DNA of 7,471 nucleotides from a virus (Duplodnaviria; Heunggongvirae; Uroviricota; Caudoviricetes): IMG/VR virus record IMGVR_UViG_2671180384_000010; one strand, 5' to 3'. Shown piece by piece: positions 5,787 to 7,471 of this stretch (position 1 is its first letter; each line of letters starts with the position of its first letter). The notes under the pieces were generated by a model. It saw only the letters and a program-made list of their open reading frames with translations, ran no database searches and was not told where the DNA came from. The position numbers and the translations under genes were made by a program.

Positions 5787-5787
5787 N
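5787..5787. other. Single N: ambiguous base or contig junction
   Basis: Flanking sequence switches abruptly from the conserved element to the 3' part of the methyltransferase gene. Confidence 0.9.
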
Positions 5788-6095
5788 AATATAAACATCT
5801 GCGGCGGTATTTTGGCGTGACGGTGCAGGTGCCGTATACCGATGTGTGGACGCATAAACCGGTGCAGTTCTATCCCGGGAAACATCCGTGCGAAAAACCG
5901 GCAGAAATGCTGCAGCAGATAATCAGCGCTAGCAGTCGTCCGGGTGACCTGATTGCAGATTTTTTCATGGGGTTGGGTTCGACAGTGAAAGCGGCACTGG
6001 CGCTCGGGCGTCGTGCAATTGGCGTTGAGCTGGAGACTGAACGTTTTGAGCAGACGGTTCGGGAAGTACAGGATTTAGTCAGCCAGAACGGATGA
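5788..6095 (+). pseudogene. 3' fragment of the phage methyltransferase gene (last ~102 codons), truncated at the N junction
   Basis: Identical to 1743-2050, including the motif I region and stop codon. Confidence 0.8.
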
Positions 6096-6135
6096 TATTG
6101 AAGAATTAATTACGCGTCGTTATTATGCGGCTCCC

Positions 6136-6211
6136 GGCCCTTTAGCTCAGTGGTGAGAGCGAGCGACTCATAATCGCCAGGTCGCTGGTTCAAATCCAGC
6201 AAGGGCCACCA
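6136..6211 (+). tRNA. tRNA with anticodon CAU, ileX-like (copy 3)
   Basis: Identical to 2091-2166. Confidence 0.85.
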
Positions 6212-6218
6212 TCACATA

Positions 6219-6295
6219 CCGCCATTAGCTCATCAGGAAAGAGCGCCAGCCTTCGAAGCTGGCTGCGCGGGGTTCAAGTCCCCGATGGCGGTCCA
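6219..6295 (+). tRNA. tRNA-Arg, anticodon UCG (copy 3)
   Basis: Identical to 2174-2250. Confidence 0.7.
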
Positions 6296-6308
6296 TTATC
6301 TGCATCAT

Positions 6309-6385
6309 GCGTTGTTAGCTCAGCCGGACAGAGCAATTGCCTTCTAAGCAATCGGTCACTGGTTCGAATCCAGTACAACGCGCCA
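6309..6385 (+). tRNA. tRNA-Arg, anticodon UCU (copy 3)
   Basis: Identical to 2264-2340. Confidence 0.85.
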
Positions 6386-6399
6386 CACTTATTTTCCCT

Positions 6400-6425
6400 G
6401 GCTCGCTTTTGCGGGCCTTTTTTTT
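6400..6425 (+). terminator. Intrinsic terminator after tRNA cluster, copy 3
   Basis: Same hairpin plus T8 as 2355-2380. Confidence 0.6.
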
Positions 6426-6656
6426 AAATGTCTCACAATTCAGACGGTTGACAGTTGTCTGTTTTGCGGGGAGTTTGTTAAAAGAAACTGGCATGGTGAA
6501 TCCCCCTGTGCGGAGGGGCAATCAGCGAGTAGGTATATGGGATAATCGCGGATTCAGGTGCTGGTACTGAATTCACCGGGAGGCACCCGGCACCATGCAA
6601 TGGCACATAGCGCCACTCTCCAGCCCCTCTCCGGAGGGGCTGTTTATATTGATTTT
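6426..6656 (+). other. Conserved structured non-coding element, copy 3; candidate sRNA
   Basis: TTGACA at 6448-6453. Ends with a perfect 9-bp terminator hairpin. Confidence 0.3.
6621..6656 (+). terminator. Intrinsic terminator: CAGCCCCTC-TCCG-GAGGGGCTG plus U-rich tract
   Basis: Perfect 9-bp GC-rich stem (6621-6629 / 6634-6642) followed by TTTATATTGATTTTG. Confidence 0.65.
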
Positions 6657-6674
6657 GTCAGATGTGAGTAAACT

Positions 6675-6706
6675 CCTTATGGACTTTGTTGTTTTAGTCC
6701 ATAAGG
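6675..6706. terminator. 11-bp inverted repeat, possibly a bidirectional terminator or protein-binding site
   Basis: CCTTATGGACT (6675-6685), loop TTGTTGTTTT, AGTCCATAAGG (6696-6706). It encodes the last residues of the convergent minus-strand ORF. Confidence 0.4.
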
Positions 6707-7012
6707 ACATATTTGCAGAGTGCAACGGTTATTAAAGCATTCATTCAATACGTTATCTGTATTTGTAGGGCATTCCTGGCTATTTTTGATTGAATTCCAG
6801 AATGTTTTATTGAATGGTACTACGTTGTAAATGGTTACAGGTAGCACTTTGTTATTGAGCATGATGCCTGTGTGAGTCAGTGTAAATATACTTTCAGGAG
6901 GTAAGAAAGCATCCGATTGATACCAGATTATTAATTTTATTTTACTCCATATGACTGAAAAAGATATTCCGCATGATGGCTGGATAACTGTATCAATCAC
7001 AATCCACTTCAT
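6677..7012 (-). CDS. Hypothetical 111-aa cysteine-containing protein in an AT-rich cargo locus
   Basis: ORF with AAGGAA Shine-Dalgarno 5 nt upstream of the ATG. AT-rich region. Opposite strand to the phage late genes. Five Cys residues and a hydrophobic N-terminus. No homolog recognised. Confidence 0.5.
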   Translation of the reverse strand: MKWIVIDTVIQPSCGISFSVIWSKIKLIIWYQSDAFLPPESIFTLTHTGIMLNNKVLPVTIYNVVPFNKTFWNSIKNSQECPTNTDNVLNECFNNRCTLQICPYGLKQQSP

Positions 7013-7041
7013 TTAGTTTCCTTGTTTATGCCTTGCTGGTG

Positions 7042-7068
7042 ATGTTCTGAAAAGTATAAATGATATTT
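7042..7068 (-). promoter_or_regulatory. Candidate sigma70 promoter for the 111-aa ORF: -35 TTTACA, -10 TATACT, 15-nt spacer
   Basis: Hexamers read on the minus strand about 30-55 nt upstream of the ATG. Short spacer. Confidence 0.3.
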
Positions 7069-7257
7069 TTGAATGTAAACCATAGAGCAGAATTATTTTT
7101 CTGATGTTGTTTATTGTTTATTTAAATGCAGGGTGGTTTATATCTCGTCTTGTAGTTTATCCATGCATATCTGCTTGATAATCAGGTTTTTATTTAAGGT
7201 ATGGTTTTGTGTTTTTTCTGTATTACATGTCAGGTATTTTAAAGAATTATTTTTCAG

Positions 7258-7399
7258 ATGGTGGAAAGAACCATGGCATTTAAACACTATGATGTTGTCA
7301 GGGCGGCGCCGCCGTCAGATCTTGCGGAAAAGCTGACACATAAACTGAAAGAGGGCTGGCAGCCGTTTGGTAGTCCGGTGGCCATAACCCCTTATACCC
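7258..7399 (+). pseudogene. Hypothetical phage late-region gene truncated by IS insertion (likely start ATG 7273, MAFKHYDVVRAAPPSDLAEKL...)
   Basis: ORF reads continuously into the IS terminus at 7400. Residues after that are IS-derived. Confidence 0.45.
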
Positions 7400-7471
7400 T
7401 GAGGTGTACTGGCAATAGCGGACACTACCATTTGTTCTTTTTTTAAGCAGCCATCTGATGATATTTTTCCC
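7400..7471 (-). mobile_element. Terminus of a second IS3-family (IS600-like) copy, running off the window edge
   Basis: 7400-7471 is identical to 2785-2856 (TGAGGTGTACTGGCAATAGCGG...). Confidence 0.8.

Noticed and set aside
5787-5787. Treating the copy 2 to copy 3 junction as a biological tandem duplication
   Set aside because: The switch from the conserved element to mid-methyltransferase sequence occurs exactly at an N, which fits an assembly or scaffold join better than a duplication breakpoint. It is kept as a finding to verify.
7133-7336. 67-aa ORF in the AT-rich region
   Set aside because: Low-complexity hydrophobic translation of AT-rich DNA that overlaps the better-supported 7258..7399 gene in another frame.
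1-7471. CRISPR array as an explanation for the repeated sequence
   Set aside because: The repeats are long (hundreds of bp), few, and consist of genes and tRNAs, not short regularly spaced direct repeats with spacers.

Overview
This window is a mosaic of lambdoid-prophage late-regulatory sequence, most likely from an Escherichia/Shigella draft assembly. The same module appears in three variant copies: a Q-like antiterminator gene, a lambda-like pR'/tR' pair, an optional small ORF plus N6-adenine DNA methyltransferase, a cluster of three tRNAs (Ile-CAU, Arg-UCG, Arg-UCU), and a conserved structured non-coding element about 220 bp long. The copies are separated by an 8-N gap (3923-3930), a single N (5787) and two copies of an IS3-family element with an A7 frameshift site (right ends at 2785 and 7400). 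Two AT-rich cargo insertions sit where Stx-type phages carry toxin genes: one at 4867-5531 (rare-codon-rich ORF plus a small hydrophobic peptide ORF) and one at 6677-7260 (a 111-aa cysteine-containing ORF on the minus strand). No stx, lysis or structural genes are present. All identifications rest on motifs and synteny read by eye; no database search was run. The N positions mean the linkage between modules needs confirmation.
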